IMG/VR virus record: IMGVR_UViG_3300025769_015982
Coordinates: 22,013 to 86,012 of that record
DNA length: 64,000 nt
Origin: a virus
Direction: 5' to 3' (one strand)
Below are positions 31,077 to 41,400 of the stretch, one piece after another; position 1 is the stretch's first letter; each line of letters starts with the position of its first letter. The notes under the pieces are model-generated. The model was not told the origin of the DNA and ran no database searches. It saw only the letters and a list, made by a program, of their open reading frames with translations. The position numbers were made by a program, and so were the translations under genes.

Positions 31077-31729
31077 AAATAACAAAGCATAATTTTACCA
31101 TACCTTGCGTTTCTATAGATGATTTTATTCCTTCTATTCCATTGTTAAGAGCAGCTTCTGAGGGATTTAATGATATATTTTTCGATGATTGGGTTGCATA
31201 TAATAAAAAAGACCACAACCAAATACAGTATTGTACTAAGTTAACAACTAAAATCCCCCATGCTACTCAATTAGTACTAGATCATATAGCAACTAATCTT
31301 GACCCAGATGATATATTCGATCTAAACACAAAATCATTCCCAGATATTTCTCACTATGGTGGGGGTTTAATGATAACGCCTAATTCTAAAAATGAAGGTG
31401 GGTACTTAGGCATGCATGTTGATGCAGCTATCCATGGCAAACACGATGATTGGAAAAGAGAATATAGTGCTGTATTATGCGTTTCAGAAGAATATGATCC
31501 ATCATTTGATTTATTACTACATGACGGTCAAGATCATATAAGACTTCCATACAAATTTAATAGACTTAATATTTTTAAATGTGGGGAAAATTCGTGGCAC
31601 GGTTTCCCAGAAATAACTAAAGGATTAAATCGGAAAGCTTTAGGAGTTATGTATTGGTCTAAACTTAGTGAACAAGATAAAACTCAGGATTTTGTAAAAG
31701 CTCAGTTTAATAATAATCTACCGTTTTGA
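31073..31729 (+). CDS. 2-oxoglutarate/Fe(II) oxygenase
   Basis: HVD (HxD), FNRL.IF, SWHG and distal R motifs. Confidence 0.8.
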   Translation: MKITKHNFTIPCVSIDDFIPSIPLLRAASEGFNDIFFDDWVAYNKKDHNQIQYCTKLTTKIPHATQLVLDHIATNLDPDDIFDLNTKSFPDISHYGGGLMITPNSKNEGGYLGMHVDAAIHGKHDDWKREYSAVLCVSEEYDPSFDLLLHDGQDHIRLPYKFNRLNIFKCGENSWHGFPEITKGLNRKALGVMYWSKLSEQDKTQDFVKAQFNNNLPF

Positions 31730-32436
31730 AAAAAATCCTAATCACAGGAGGGGGAGGTAATCTAGCTACAGAATTAGTAAAAGCTAATACTAAATATAAA
31801 ATAACAGCTTTATCTAAAGCTCAGTTAAATGTGTGTAACCAAGATGATATAGAACTTGCTTTAAGTAGTTACCGTCCAGATATTCTTATCCACACTGCAG
31901 CATTAACAAGACCTATGGTTAAACATATAGAATCACCTAGTACTAGTATTAACTCTAATATTATAGGAACTTCTAATATAACTTTATCTTGTATTAAATA
32001 TAAAACTAAATTAATTTACATATCTACAGACTATGTTTACCCAGGTATTACTGGTAATTATTCTGAAGAAGATCCTTTATTGCCTATTAATGAATATGCT
32101 TGGTCAAAATTAGGAGGAGAATGTGCTGTTAAGTTATATGATAATTCTTTAATACTAAGAATGGCTTTATGTGAAAAGCCATTTCCCCACCCTAAAGCTT
32201 TAACTGACATTAAAAAATCATACCTTTATATAGATGAAGCCGCAAGTATTATTTTAAAGTTAATTAATAAAAAAGGTATTATAAATATAGGAGGAGATGA
32301 ACTATCCCCCTATGAATTTGTTAAAAAAACAAACCCTCATATTAAAAAAATCACTTTAAACGAAGTTAGTGACGTTAAGATGGGTAAAAATTCATCTATG
32401 AATACTAATAAGTTAAATAATATACTAAATGATTAA
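31726..32436 (+). CDS. dTDP-4-dehydrorhamnose reductase-like (RmlD family)
   Basis: ITGGGGNL, IHTAA, ISTDYV and YAWSK motifs. Confidence 0.82.
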   Translation: MKKILITGGGGNLATELVKANTKYKITALSKAQLNVCNQDDIELALSSYRPDILIHTAALTRPMVKHIESPSTSINSNIIGTSNITLSCIKYKTKLIYISTDYVYPGITGNYSEEDPLLPINEYAWSKLGGECAVKLYDNSLILRMALCEKPFPHPKALTDIKKSYLYIDEAASIILKLINKKGIINIGGDELSPYEFVKKTNPHIKKITLNEVSDVKMGKNSSMNTNKLNNILND

Positions 32437-33361
32437 TTTATTTAATATTCCTAACTATACAATTGATACTTCTGAATTTAACCACTATTTACATGGGGAT
32501 ATAGTAAAACAATTTGAAACTAACTTTTGTAACTATGTAGGAGCTAAATATGGGTGTAGTGTTAGTAGTGCTACCAATGCTATATTTTTAGCTATGTTGG
32601 ATAAAAAACAAACAGTAAACCTTCCCAGTATGATACCACCTGTAGTATGTAATGCCATTATTACTTCGGGAAATAAAATTAATTTTATAGATGATATAGA
32701 TTGGGTTGGTGATTCTTATATTTTACACGAATTCCAGGATTATAAAATTATAGACTCTGCCCAAAAAGTAAATGAAAATCAATTTAAAAAAGAAGCTAAT
32801 GATAATGATTTAATGATATTTAGTTTTTACCCTACTAAACCTGTAGGTAGTTCTGATGGTGGTATAGTTGTATCAAACGATTTTGAAAAAATAAAATGGT
32901 TTAAAGAAGCTACTATGAATGGAATGACTTACGCCCACAATAATTGGGATAGAACCATTAAATTCCCGGGATATAAGATGTACATGAACTCTATCCAGTG
33001 TTATATTGCTAATAAAAATTTAAATATTTTAGATAATAAAAAATCTAAATTAAAATTAATTAGACAAATATATAATAAAGAATTAGGATATAATAATACA
33101 AGTGATCATTTATATAGAATAAAAGTTAATGATAATAAAAAATTTATTAGAAACTTAAAAAATAAAAATATAGTTTGTGGAATACATTATGATACTCTAC
33201 ATAAAAATACTTCGTATAATTCTTACTCTTCCCAATGTCCTAAATCAACTTTAAATTCTAAACAAACAGTTAGTATTCCGTTTAATGAGTCTTTAACCAC
33301 TAATCAAATAAATTATATTATAGAAACTATTAAAAATGAAGGGTATATTTATAACAGTTAG
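32429..33361 (+). CDS. DegT/DnrJ family sugar aminotransferase
   Basis: SSATNA, IDSAQ, FSFYPTKP..DGG and GIHY motifs. Confidence 0.85.
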   Translation: MINLFNIPNYTIDTSEFNHYLHGDIVKQFETNFCNYVGAKYGCSVSSATNAIFLAMLDKKQTVNLPSMIPPVVCNAIITSGNKINFIDDIDWVGDSYILHEFQDYKIIDSAQKVNENQFKKEANDNDLMIFSFYPTKPVGSSDGGIVVSNDFEKIKWFKEATMNGMTYAHNNWDRTIKFPGYKMYMNSIQCYIANKNLNILDNKKSKLKLIRQIYNKELGYNNTSDHLYRIKVNDNKKFIRNLKNKNIVCGIHYDTLHKNTSYNSYSSQCPKSTLNSKQTVSIPFNESLTTNQINYIIETIKNEGYIYNS

Positions 33362-34064
33362 AACGGGATCAACAAGACTACCTAATAAATCAATTTTAAA
33401 AATCAATGGCAAACACACTATTGAATATTTAATTGAACGAGTTAAAAAATCATGTTTAGCAGACGAAATTATTTTATGCACTACATCTAAACCAGAAGAT
33501 GATATTTTATGTCGTATAGCGGTTAAAAATAACATAAAATATTTTAAAGGGCATGAAACTAATAAGTGGGAAAGATGGTTGGGTACTTGTAAGGCATATG
33601 GTATAGATTTTTTTGTTACAGCAGATGGTGATGATTTATTCTATGAAGGAAATCTTGCAGATATTTGTTTTACCCAATATATATCTAACCCAAACCCTAA
33701 TTTATTTTTAAATGGACAGGGATTATATAATGATGTTTACGGAATTAGTTATAATACATTACAAAAAATATGTAATATGGAAAATGTTTCTAAAATAGAA
33801 CCCCATAATATTGTAAATTTTTTAAAAAATAGTGATGTAGTAGTTAATAAAATATTAAATGTTCCTGATCTTTATAAAAAGAAAGATATAAGAATGACCT
33901 TAGATTATGAGGAAGATTTTAACTTTTTTAAAAAAGTTATTAAACATTTTAATGGGGAAAAATTTGGATTACCCGAAATAATTTCTTATATTGAACAAAA
34001 CCCATCAGTTAAAGATATAAATAAACATTTAGAAATAGCATGGAAAGAAAACCAGTTAAATTAA
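33336..34064 (+). CDS. Acylneuraminate cytidylyltransferase-like (SpsF/KdsB family)
   Basis: R.GSTRLPNK, DGDD and RMTLDYEEDF motifs. Confidence 0.82.
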   Translation: MKGIFITVRTGSTRLPNKSILKINGKHTIEYLIERVKKSCLADEIILCTTSKPEDDILCRIAVKNNIKYFKGHETNKWERWLGTCKAYGIDFFVTADGDDLFYEGNLADICFTQYISNPNPNLFLNGQGLYNDVYGISYNTLQKICNMENVSKIEPHNIVNFLKNSDVVVNKILNVPDLYKKKDIRMTLDYEEDFNFFKKVIKHFNGEKFGLPEIISYIEQNPSVKDINKHLEIAWKENQLN

Positions 34065-35254
34065 AGAATAAGCTTTTAAATCATCTTAAAATAGGAAAAA
34101 TTTATAAACCAGAAAATAAGTATAATGGTAATGAATTAGAATATGTGTTAAAAGTTTTAGATTCAGAAGATCAAGATAGAAAAGAAACCCCTTTTGTTCA
34201 GCGTTTAGAAAATTTAGCAACGGAAGTTTTCCAAAGTAAATATGCTATAGCTCACAATTCGGGAACATCTACTTTACATACAAGCTTAATTGCGGCAGGG
34301 GTAAAACCTGGGGATGAAGTAATATCACCCGCTCATACTGTAATTATGAATTCATTTGTAACATTACACCAAAAGGCATTGCCCGTATACGTTGATATTG
34401 ACCCAGATACTTTTAATATGTGTCCCGATGATCTTGAACGTAAAATAACTAATAAAACAAAAGCAATACAAGTAGTTCATATGCATGGAAACCCATCTGA
34501 TATGGAAAGAATAATGGATATAGCAAACCATTATAATATACCTGTTATTGAGGATAGTGCTCAATGTGTTTTAAGTAAAATTAATGGAAAATTAGTTGGA
34601 ACTTTTGGGGATATAGCAAGTTGGAGTTTTGAAAATAAAAAACACCTTTCAGCCGGAGAGGGGGGAATGGTTACTACTGATAATGAAAAATATGCTACTA
34701 TAATCAGAAAAACAGGTGGATTAGGATATAAAACATTATCAGCAGGACAAAGTTTAAGACAATTGTTACCCCAGGACTTTCAAAACCCACATTATAAAAG
34801 ACATGATGTTTTAGGCTACAACTATAGAATGAATGAGATAACTGCTGCTTTAGCATTAGGTCAATTAGAAAGAGCAGAATTTTTAGTAAATAGAAGGTGT
34901 GAAGTAGCTAAAATGTATGATGAAGCCTTTAAAGATTGTGATTATATAATACCCCAAAAAGTATTACCGGGCCATACAAATACCTATTGGACATACACAG
35001 TACGATATGAAAGGGATGATTGGTTTGATTTATATAATGAAGTTAAAGCAGCTGGAGGAGATGGGTTTTATGGAGGCTTATCAGTCCCCTATCAGGAACC
35101 CATTATGAAAAAATACAATTATAAAAAAGGAGACTGCCCAAATGCAGAATCTGTACAACCAAAAATGATGCAATTTAAAGCAAATTATAGAGATCTTAAA
35201 ACAGCTCAAGAAAAAATTAATATATTAAGTAACGTAATTAAAAATAGAAAATAA
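34040..35254 (+). CDS. DegT/DnrJ family sugar aminotransferase
   Basis: NSGTSTLH, PGDEVI, IEDSAQ, SFENKKHL.AGEGG and GYNYRM motifs. Confidence 0.9.
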   Translation: MERKPVKLKNKLLNHLKIGKIYKPENKYNGNELEYVLKVLDSEDQDRKETPFVQRLENLATEVFQSKYAIAHNSGTSTLHTSLIAAGVKPGDEVISPAHTVIMNSFVTLHQKALPVYVDIDPDTFNMCPDDLERKITNKTKAIQVVHMHGNPSDMERIMDIANHYNIPVIEDSAQCVLSKINGKLVGTFGDIASWSFENKKHLSAGEGGMVTTDNEKYATIIRKTGGLGYKTLSAGQSLRQLLPQDFQNPHYKRHDVLGYNYRMNEITAALALGQLERAEFLVNRRCEVAKMYDEAFKDCDYIIPQKVLPGHTNTYWTYTVRYERDDWFDLYNEVKAAGGDGFYGGLSVPYQEPIMKKYNYKKGDCPNAESVQPKMMQFKANYRDLKTAQEKINILSNVIKNRK

Positions 35255-36078
35255 TGAAAAATTATATTATTGCCGAAATAGGAATCAACCATAATGGAGA
35301 TATAAACCTAGCACAAAAACTCATTAAAACAGCTGCAAAAGCAGGTTGTCATGCTGTAAAGTTTCAAAAAAGAACAATTGATGAAGTCTATTCTAAAGAA
35401 GAACTAGATAAGTATAGAGAGTCTCCCTGGGGGACTACAAATAGAGAACAAAAAGAAGGATTAGAATTTGATATTCAACAATATAAAACTCTTGAGGAAT
35501 ATACAAACAAATTAGGTTTGGATTTTATAGTATCTTGTTGGGATTTAAATAGTGTAGATGTAGTAGAAGCAAATTTAAATGTAAAATATCATAAAGTTGC
35601 TTCAGCTCTTGCAACTAATAAAGAATTTTTAAAAAAACTTAACACAACAGGTAAACCTGTTATATTATCTGTAGGTATGATGACAGAGAAAGAAATCGAA
35701 TCTGCAGTAAATATACTTAATAACGTAGAATATATTTTAGCTTGTACTAGTACTTATCCTACAAAGGCCGAAGAAGTTAACCTAAATCATATTTTAACAT
35801 TAAAATCCAAGTATGATAAAAAAATAGGATTTTCAAACCATTATAATGGCCTAGATGCATGTGTAGGTGCAACAGCGTTAGGATCGGAATGCATCGAATT
35901 CCATATAACAGAAGATAGAACAATGTATGGCTCTGATCAACCTGCATCAATTGAAAACGTATCACTAATGGTAGATGCTATTACAACAATGGAAACTATG
36001 TTAGGAGATGGTAAGAAAGTTGTTTATGATACCGAAAAACCTATTGCAGCTAAGTTAAGGAAAGTTAATAATGTTTAA
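35254..36078 (+). CDS. neuB: Nonulosonic acid (NeuB-type) synthase lacking the C-terminal SAF domain
   Basis: IIAEIGINHNGD, AVKFQKR, CTSTYP, GFSNH and EFHIT.DR.MYGSDQ motifs. Confidence 0.9.
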   Translation: MKNYIIAEIGINHNGDINLAQKLIKTAAKAGCHAVKFQKRTIDEVYSKEELDKYRESPWGTTNREQKEGLEFDIQQYKTLEEYTNKLGLDFIVSCWDLNSVDVVEANLNVKYHKVASALATNKEFLKKLNTTGKPVILSVGMMTEKEIESAVNILNNVEYILACTSTYPTKAEEVNLNHILTLKSKYDKKIGFSNHYNGLDACVGATALGSECIEFHITEDRTMYGSDQPASIENVSLMVDAITTMETMLGDGKKVVYDTEKPIAAKLRKVNNV

Positions 36079-36787
36079 TTTAAACGGTAAAGTAGCTGTA
36101 ATTACAGGAGGAGGGGGATTGCTAGGAAAAATGCACGCTGAGGCAATAGAAGAAGCAGGAGGTACAGCTTATTTAACTGACATAGATGGTTCTTGTACCT
36201 ATATGGATGTAACTAATAAATCTAGTATAGAAAAAGTTGCAAATAGTTTAGACCGGGTTGATATTTTAATAAATAATGCTGCCTTAAATCCTAAAATGGT
36301 TACTCAGGGTAATAATAAATTTGAAAATTTAAGCCTAGACCAATGGAATAAAAGTATTCAAGTAAATTTAACAGGTGCTTTTTTATGTAGTCAAGTTTTT
36401 ATTAAAAAAATGGTAGAACATAATATTAAAGGAGTTGTAGTAAATATAGCATCTGATTTAGGGGTTATAGCCCCTGATCAAAGAATATATAAAAATGATG
36501 TTAAGCCTGTTGATTATTGTGTTACTAAACATGGTATAATTGGATTAACTAAATATTTAGCTACCTATTATGCTGATAAAGGAATTAGAATTAATAGTAT
36601 AAGTCCAGCAGGAGTATTTACAAATCAACCTAAAGATTTTGTAGAAAAGTTATCTAATTTAATACCTATGGGAAGAATGGCAAAAAAGAATGAATATAAA
36701 GGCGCTATAAAATATTGTTGTTCAGATGAAAGTTCATACATGACTGGACACAATTTAGTAATAGACGGTGGGAGAACAATATGGTAA
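36071..36787 (+). CDS. Short-chain dehydrogenase/reductase (PtmA/FlmA-like)
   Basis: TGGGGLLG, INNAA, PDQRIY and YCVTK motifs. Confidence 0.85.
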   Translation: MFNLNGKVAVITGGGGLLGKMHAEAIEEAGGTAYLTDIDGSCTYMDVTNKSSIEKVANSLDRVDILINNAALNPKMVTQGNNKFENLSLDQWNKSIQVNLTGAFLCSQVFIKKMVEHNIKGVVVNIASDLGVIAPDQRIYKNDVKPVDYCVTKHGIIGLTKYLATYYADKGIRINSISPAGVFTNQPKDFVEKLSNLIPMGRMAKKNEYKGAIKYCCSDESSYMTGHNLVIDGGRTIW

Positions 36788-37074
36788 TATTTGTAGATAT
36801 AGACGAAACAATATGTTTTTATGATGGGGAAAGGTATTACCCAAATGCGATTCCTAATATGGATAATATAGCTAAAATCAATAAATTATATAATGAAGGT
36901 CATACAATTATATATTGGACAGCTAGAGGAGGCACTACGGGTATAGATTGGACTGAAATAACAAAAGCACAACTTGTAAAATGGAAATGTAAATATCATG
37001 AATTACGGATGAATAGTAAACCTTACTATGATTTATTAATATGCGATAAAACTAAAAGAATAGAAGAATTATGA
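36781..37074 (+). CDS. Small capless HAD phosphatase
   Basis: VDIDETI, WTARG and KP.YD..I.DK motifs. Confidence 0.8.
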   Translation: MVIFVDIDETICFYDGERYYPNAIPNMDNIAKINKLYNEGHTIIYWTARGGTTGIDWTEITKAQLVKWKCKYHELRMNSKPYYDLLICDKTKRIEEL

Positions 37075-37727
37075 AGTCAATTTCAGTATTATGTAGAGGA
37101 GAAAGTTTAAAAGCTATAAAACACCTACCTAAATCAGATATAGTAATGTTAGCTAATAGGTTTGGTGAAGAAATAGAAAATGTCCCTGGGGTAAAAGAAT
37201 ATCTTGATGACGCAGAAATATACTTGTGTACTAGTGGTACTGGTGGAGAATTAGATTCTTTAAAACGAATAGATTTTTTTGAAAAATATAACCCTACAAA
37301 AATGATACGACCTTATTTAGGTGAAATATCTTCTAATATAAGACTACATAACAGCTGTAATTTACCAAATACGTTTTTATCTGAAGCCCATAAAGAATAT
37401 ATGGTTCCAATGAAATACCCTTATGACTACCCTACAACCGGTATAGCAGCAATAGGTTATGCTGTTTTAGAGTCTGAATGTGATACTATTAATATAATTG
37501 GGTTAGATTTTTATGAAAACAGTGCCTACACTACTTCACAACAACTTAATCTTGAAGAAATATATAAAACAGATCCTTGGATTAAAGACGGTAATATGGA
37601 AAAATTCTTTACTAAATTTGTAAAAAATAACCCAAATAAACAATTTAATATAATAACAACTGCTAAGACCTATTTGAATGAACTAATAACATTAGCTAAT
37701 GTAAATTACTATAATATAGCTTTTTAA
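37071..37727 (+). CDS. Sialyltransferase-like protein (GT29/GT42-like)
   Basis: N-terminal G.SL..N strand, PTTGIAAI and IIGLDFY motifs; follows neuB. Confidence 0.55.
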   Translation: MKSISVLCRGESLKAIKHLPKSDIVMLANRFGEEIENVPGVKEYLDDAEIYLCTSGTGGELDSLKRIDFFEKYNPTKMIRPYLGEISSNIRLHNSCNLPNTFLSEAHKEYMVPMKYPYDYPTTGIAAIGYAVLESECDTINIIGLDFYENSAYTTSQQLNLEEIYKTDPWIKDGNMEKFFTKFVKNNPNKQFNIITTAKTYLNELITLANVNYYNIAF

Positions 37728-37728
37728 T

Positions 37729-38391
37729 ATGAAAAAAACTTTAATAACCGGATGTAGTTGGATTCAAGAAATGTATAAGTATAATTCAAAATTTGATTAT
37801 GCTTCTTTTGGGGGCCAAGGTCTTTGGAAAATATATAATCATTTACGTGAGGGTAATATAGAGGGGTATGAAACTATTATAGTGCAACTTCCTGCTCCTG
37901 TTAGAAACCACCCTAATTGTACTTCTACTACTGATAGATTTAATAATTTTTTAGATAGTATAAAAAAATCAGGAGAACAAAAAGCTTCAAAAACCCAATT
38001 AGATAATTATAAACAAAAAATATTAGATATAAATCTTTTACATAAAAACATATATTTTTTTCTATATAATGTTGGAGGTTATCCTTTAAGACATCCTTAT
38101 GATTTTGGTGAAAATGCTAATAAAGATTTTATTAATTGGCTTAAAGAAAATAATTTAAATCATTTACACTTGTCCTTTGAAAACCAAGCAGGTTATGGTG
38201 TAAAAGAAAAATTTGAACCTGATTTAGAATTTTGGGAATATTATCATAAAGAAAATCCTCACAACCGATCAGATAAGCAATTTAAAAAATATTGGAGCAT
38301 AATAGCACCTAAAAATACAATAATTTTTGATCCCCACCCTAATAAAAAAGCTGATATACTAGCATTAGAACTAATAAGTAAAATAACATGA
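37729..38391 (+). CDS. Hypothetical protein, SGNH-like
   Basis: TGCSW near the N-terminus and DPHPN near the C-terminus. Confidence 0.45.
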   Translation: MKKTLITGCSWIQEMYKYNSKFDYASFGGQGLWKIYNHLREGNIEGYETIIVQLPAPVRNHPNCTSTTDRFNNFLDSIKKSGEQKASKTQLDNYKQKILDINLLHKNIYFFLYNVGGYPLRHPYDFGENANKDFINWLKENNLNHLHLSFENQAGYGVKEKFEPDLEFWEYYHKENPHNRSDKQFKKYWSIIAPKNTIIFDPHPNKKADILALELISKIT

Positions 38392-38498
38392 AATTTTTAA
38401 AAAAACTTTGGAATTTAATAAAGTCTTGGAGAAAAAAAAGACAATTTAAAAAAAAGATAAAACAAATGAATATAAAGGATCCTTTTATATATAAATAA
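38388..38498 (+). CDS. Basic micro-protein (36 aa, ...KDPFIYK) upstream of carbamoyltransferase
   Basis: ATGA-coupled ORF MKFLKKLW...IKDPFIYK that fills the gap; not in the ORF track. Confidence 0.55.
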   Translation: MKFLKKLWNLIKSWRKKRQFKKKIKQMNIKDPFIYK

Positions 38499-38499
38499 T

Positions 38500-39954
38500 A
38501 TGAGAATTTTAGGTATAAATTGTCTTAATCATGATGCTGCTATTTCTGTTATTGAAGATGGAAACATATTATTTGCAGCTCATTCTGAAAGATATAGTCG
38601 TCAAAAAAATGATATGTATCTTAATGATAGTATTATAAATGAAGCTTTTAGTTATGGGAAACCTGATAAAATTGCGTATTATGAAAGGCCCTGGATTAAA
38701 AAATCTAGGCAGTTATATGCAGGTCAATATAATGAGGTTTTTAATTTAAATAATTTACCTAGTAAATATTTATCCCCCTGGTTGAAGGAATATAAAATTC
38801 ATTATGTAGACCACCATCTAAGCCATGCAGCGGCAGGTTATTATACTTCCCCGTATGATGAAGCCGCTATATTAGTTATTGATGGTATTGGTGAATGGGA
38901 TGTTTTAACTATATGGCACGGAAAGGGGAATGATATAAAAAAAATATATAGTGTTAAGTATCCTCACTCTTTAGGTTTATTTTATTCGGCAGCCACCCAA
39001 GCTATTAATTTAAAACCCTGTGAAGAAGAATATATTTTAATGGGTATGTCTGCTTGGGGTAAAGATAAACACTGGAAGCAGTTTAAAAATGATTTATTTG
39101 ATAGTGATAAATTATTACGACTTAATCATAACATACATAGAGGAATAGGATCATATAGTAAAGAGTGGGACCGATTTGATGTAGCCGCTAGTACCCAAAC
39201 CTTAACAGAATATATCTTAGATAAGATTATTAATCACACAAAACAGCTATTACCTAATGTAGATAATTTAGTTTACATGGGTGGGTGTGCTTTAAATTGT
39301 GTAGCTAATGGAAAAATTTTACCTAAATATTATTCAAACCATTGGATAATGCCTAATCCCGGAGACGCAGGTTCATCATTAGGGGCAGCAGCAGCATTAT
39401 ATAAAAAACCTATTAAATGGGAAGGACCCTTCTTAGGATCTGAAATCAAAGGTAAATATCCTGTAAAAGAAGCCTGCAAGTTGCTGTTAAAAGGTGAAAT
39501 AATAGGAATAGCTAATGGTAAAGCAGAATTTGGACCTAGGGCATTAGGAAACAGAAGTTTACTTGCAGATCCTCGTGGATTTAAAATTAAAGATAAAGTT
39601 AATGAAATTAAACGTAGACAAAAATTTAGACCATTTGCCCCGGCAATAATGGAAGAACATGCTCATAAAATCTTTGAAATGCCCGTAAAAAGAATACCAT
39701 ATATGCAATACACAGCAAAATGTAAATATCCTGATAAATATCCTGCTATTTGTCATATTGATAATACTAGTAGAGTACAAACAGTATCTAAAAAAGATAA
39801 TCCAGGTTTTTATGCTCTACTAAAAGAATTTTATACAAAAACAGGATGTCCTATGTTATTAAACACTAGTCTTAATATTAAAGGTCAACCTATAGTTAAT
39901 TCTAAACAGGATGCTGTAGATTTTGAAAATCATTATAATATAAAAGTACTATAA
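38500..39954 (+). CDS. Carbamoyltransferase (NodU/CmcH family) 2
   Basis: NHDAA, ERYSR.K, HHLSHAA, IDGIGE, GGCALNC, GPRALGNRS and LNTSLN motifs. Confidence 0.92.
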   Translation: MRILGINCLNHDAAISVIEDGNILFAAHSERYSRQKNDMYLNDSIINEAFSYGKPDKIAYYERPWIKKSRQLYAGQYNEVFNLNNLPSKYLSPWLKEYKIHYVDHHLSHAAAGYYTSPYDEAAILVIDGIGEWDVLTIWHGKGNDIKKIYSVKYPHSLGLFYSAATQAINLKPCEEEYILMGMSAWGKDKHWKQFKNDLFDSDKLLRLNHNIHRGIGSYSKEWDRFDVAASTQTLTEYILDKIINHTKQLLPNVDNLVYMGGCALNCVANGKILPKYYSNHWIMPNPGDAGSSLGAAAALYKKPIKWEGPFLGSEIKGKYPVKEACKLLLKGEIIGIANGKAEFGPRALGNRSLLADPRGFKIKDKVNEIKRRQKFRPFAPAIMEEHAHKIFEMPVKRIPYMQYTAKCKYPDKYPAICHIDNTSRVQTVSKKDNPGFYALLKEFYTKTGCPMLLNTSLNIKGQPIVNSKQDAVDFENHYNIKVL

Positions 39955-39955
39955 A

Positions 39956-40528
39956 GTGGAAAATATTAATTTTGTAAATATGCATAGGTATCAGAACATA
40001 GAAAGAACTGTGTACCAAAAAGTGATAGAATGGAAACCTAAAACAATAGTAGAATTAGGCCATGGGTCGGGTGCTTTAACTTCTGCTATGGGTCTTGCTT
40101 TAAAAAAACTAAATAATAATGGAAAAATATATAGTTATGATGTTAACGGAACTTCTAACTATACTTTAGGTCTAATGTCTAAATCGGCCCTAGAAAATGT
40201 AAAAGAAAGAAAATTAACCGATATAGTTGAATTTACAAAAGGAAATGTTTTTGAAACATGGGTAAAAGATCCATTTCCATTTGATTTATTATTAATAGAT
40301 ATTAATAATACATGGAATATATTATATGATATTTTAATAGCTAATACTTTTATTAATAATGAAATAAAAAAAGGAGCTAAAATCTTAGTAGAGGGAGGTG
40401 ATCCTAACCACCCTAGAATAAATTCTAATACATTAGATTTTTTTAACAATAGTTGTAATAAAAACATCTTTACTATAGAACATTTAAGTGGTTCTGGGAG
40501 AACCAGCATATCAATATTAACAATATGA
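39956..40528 (+). CDS. Class I SAM-dependent methyltransferase
   Basis: IVELGHGSG, YSYD and FDLLLID motifs. Confidence 0.75.
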   Translation: MENINFVNMHRYQNIERTVYQKVIEWKPKTIVELGHGSGALTSAMGLALKKLNNNGKIYSYDVNGTSNYTLGLMSKSALENVKERKLTDIVEFTKGNVFETWVKDPFPFDLLLIDINNTWNILYDILIANTFINNEIKKGAKILVEGGDPNHPRINSNTLDFFNNSCNKNIFTIEHLSGSGRTSISILTI

Positions 40529-41400
40529 AAAAACTAGCAGTAATAGCGAGTGGTTGGCATTATTCATCACATTTTTATGAAAAAATAGCCAAACAACAGA
40601 AAGTAGAAGGATGGGACATAGAATTATTTGTGATATCTCATAGACACCCTGAACATAAAGACACAATAAAGGAAAAAGAACACGTTAGAAATTATGAAGG
40701 GAAAGAATTAATGACTTACCTTGATAAGGTAATGTATGAAACCCCTATAACTGAAAAAGAAATAACAGATTTAGGATGGACTTATATTGAAAAACCCAAC
40801 ACGATAGGAGATATGGAGGTTTTTAACCAATGGTCTGATGACTATAATTATTTAGATTACGATTTATTCCTTATAACCCATGATGATAATTTTATTTTAT
40901 CAGATAAAATATTTAAAGATATTTTACTTAATAACATAGAGTTACATAAACCTATTATAGAATCAAAATATGGAAACCATCAATTTAAAACCCAACTAGT
41001 AGATAATAACTTAGATTGGATGTTTTTAGATAATGGATATTCAGAATACATAGCTAAGGCTTTTACTCCAAGAGGATCTTTTAGTTTTTATAAAAAAGAA
41101 CTCATAGATTTATTACCTAATAATAAATTTAATATGTACGAAGATGGAGGAACAGGAATAGTTAATCGAGAGGGAAAAACTAATAGTGTTGGGCATGAAG
41201 GAATTTCAGCCTGGAATACTCACGCAGGCACTTTTAGAAATGCTTTGTATGATTTAGACCTAGTTAAACACACTCGTTGGTTATCAAGTACTAAACGTGT
41301 TAGTAATTATTGCATTGAAGGTGAAAGGGGTTTTATTAGTAATAATAATTGTGGGGAAAAGCACTATAAAACCTCAGTAAAACAAATATTTGAAAAATGA
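40525..41400 (+). CDS. Putative GT-A glycosyltransferase
   Basis: YDLFLITHDD motif; island context. Confidence 0.5.
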   Translation: MKKLAVIASGWHYSSHFYEKIAKQQKVEGWDIELFVISHRHPEHKDTIKEKEHVRNYEGKELMTYLDKVMYETPITEKEITDLGWTYIEKPNTIGDMEVFNQWSDDYNYLDYDLFLITHDDNFILSDKIFKDILLNNIELHKPIIESKYGNHQFKTQLVDNNLDWMFLDNGYSEYIAKAFTPRGSFSFYKKELIDLLPNNKFNMYEDGGTGIVNREGKTNSVGHEGISAWNTHAGTFRNALYDLDLVKHTRWLSSTKRVSNYCIEGERGFISNNNCGEKHYKTSVKQIFEK

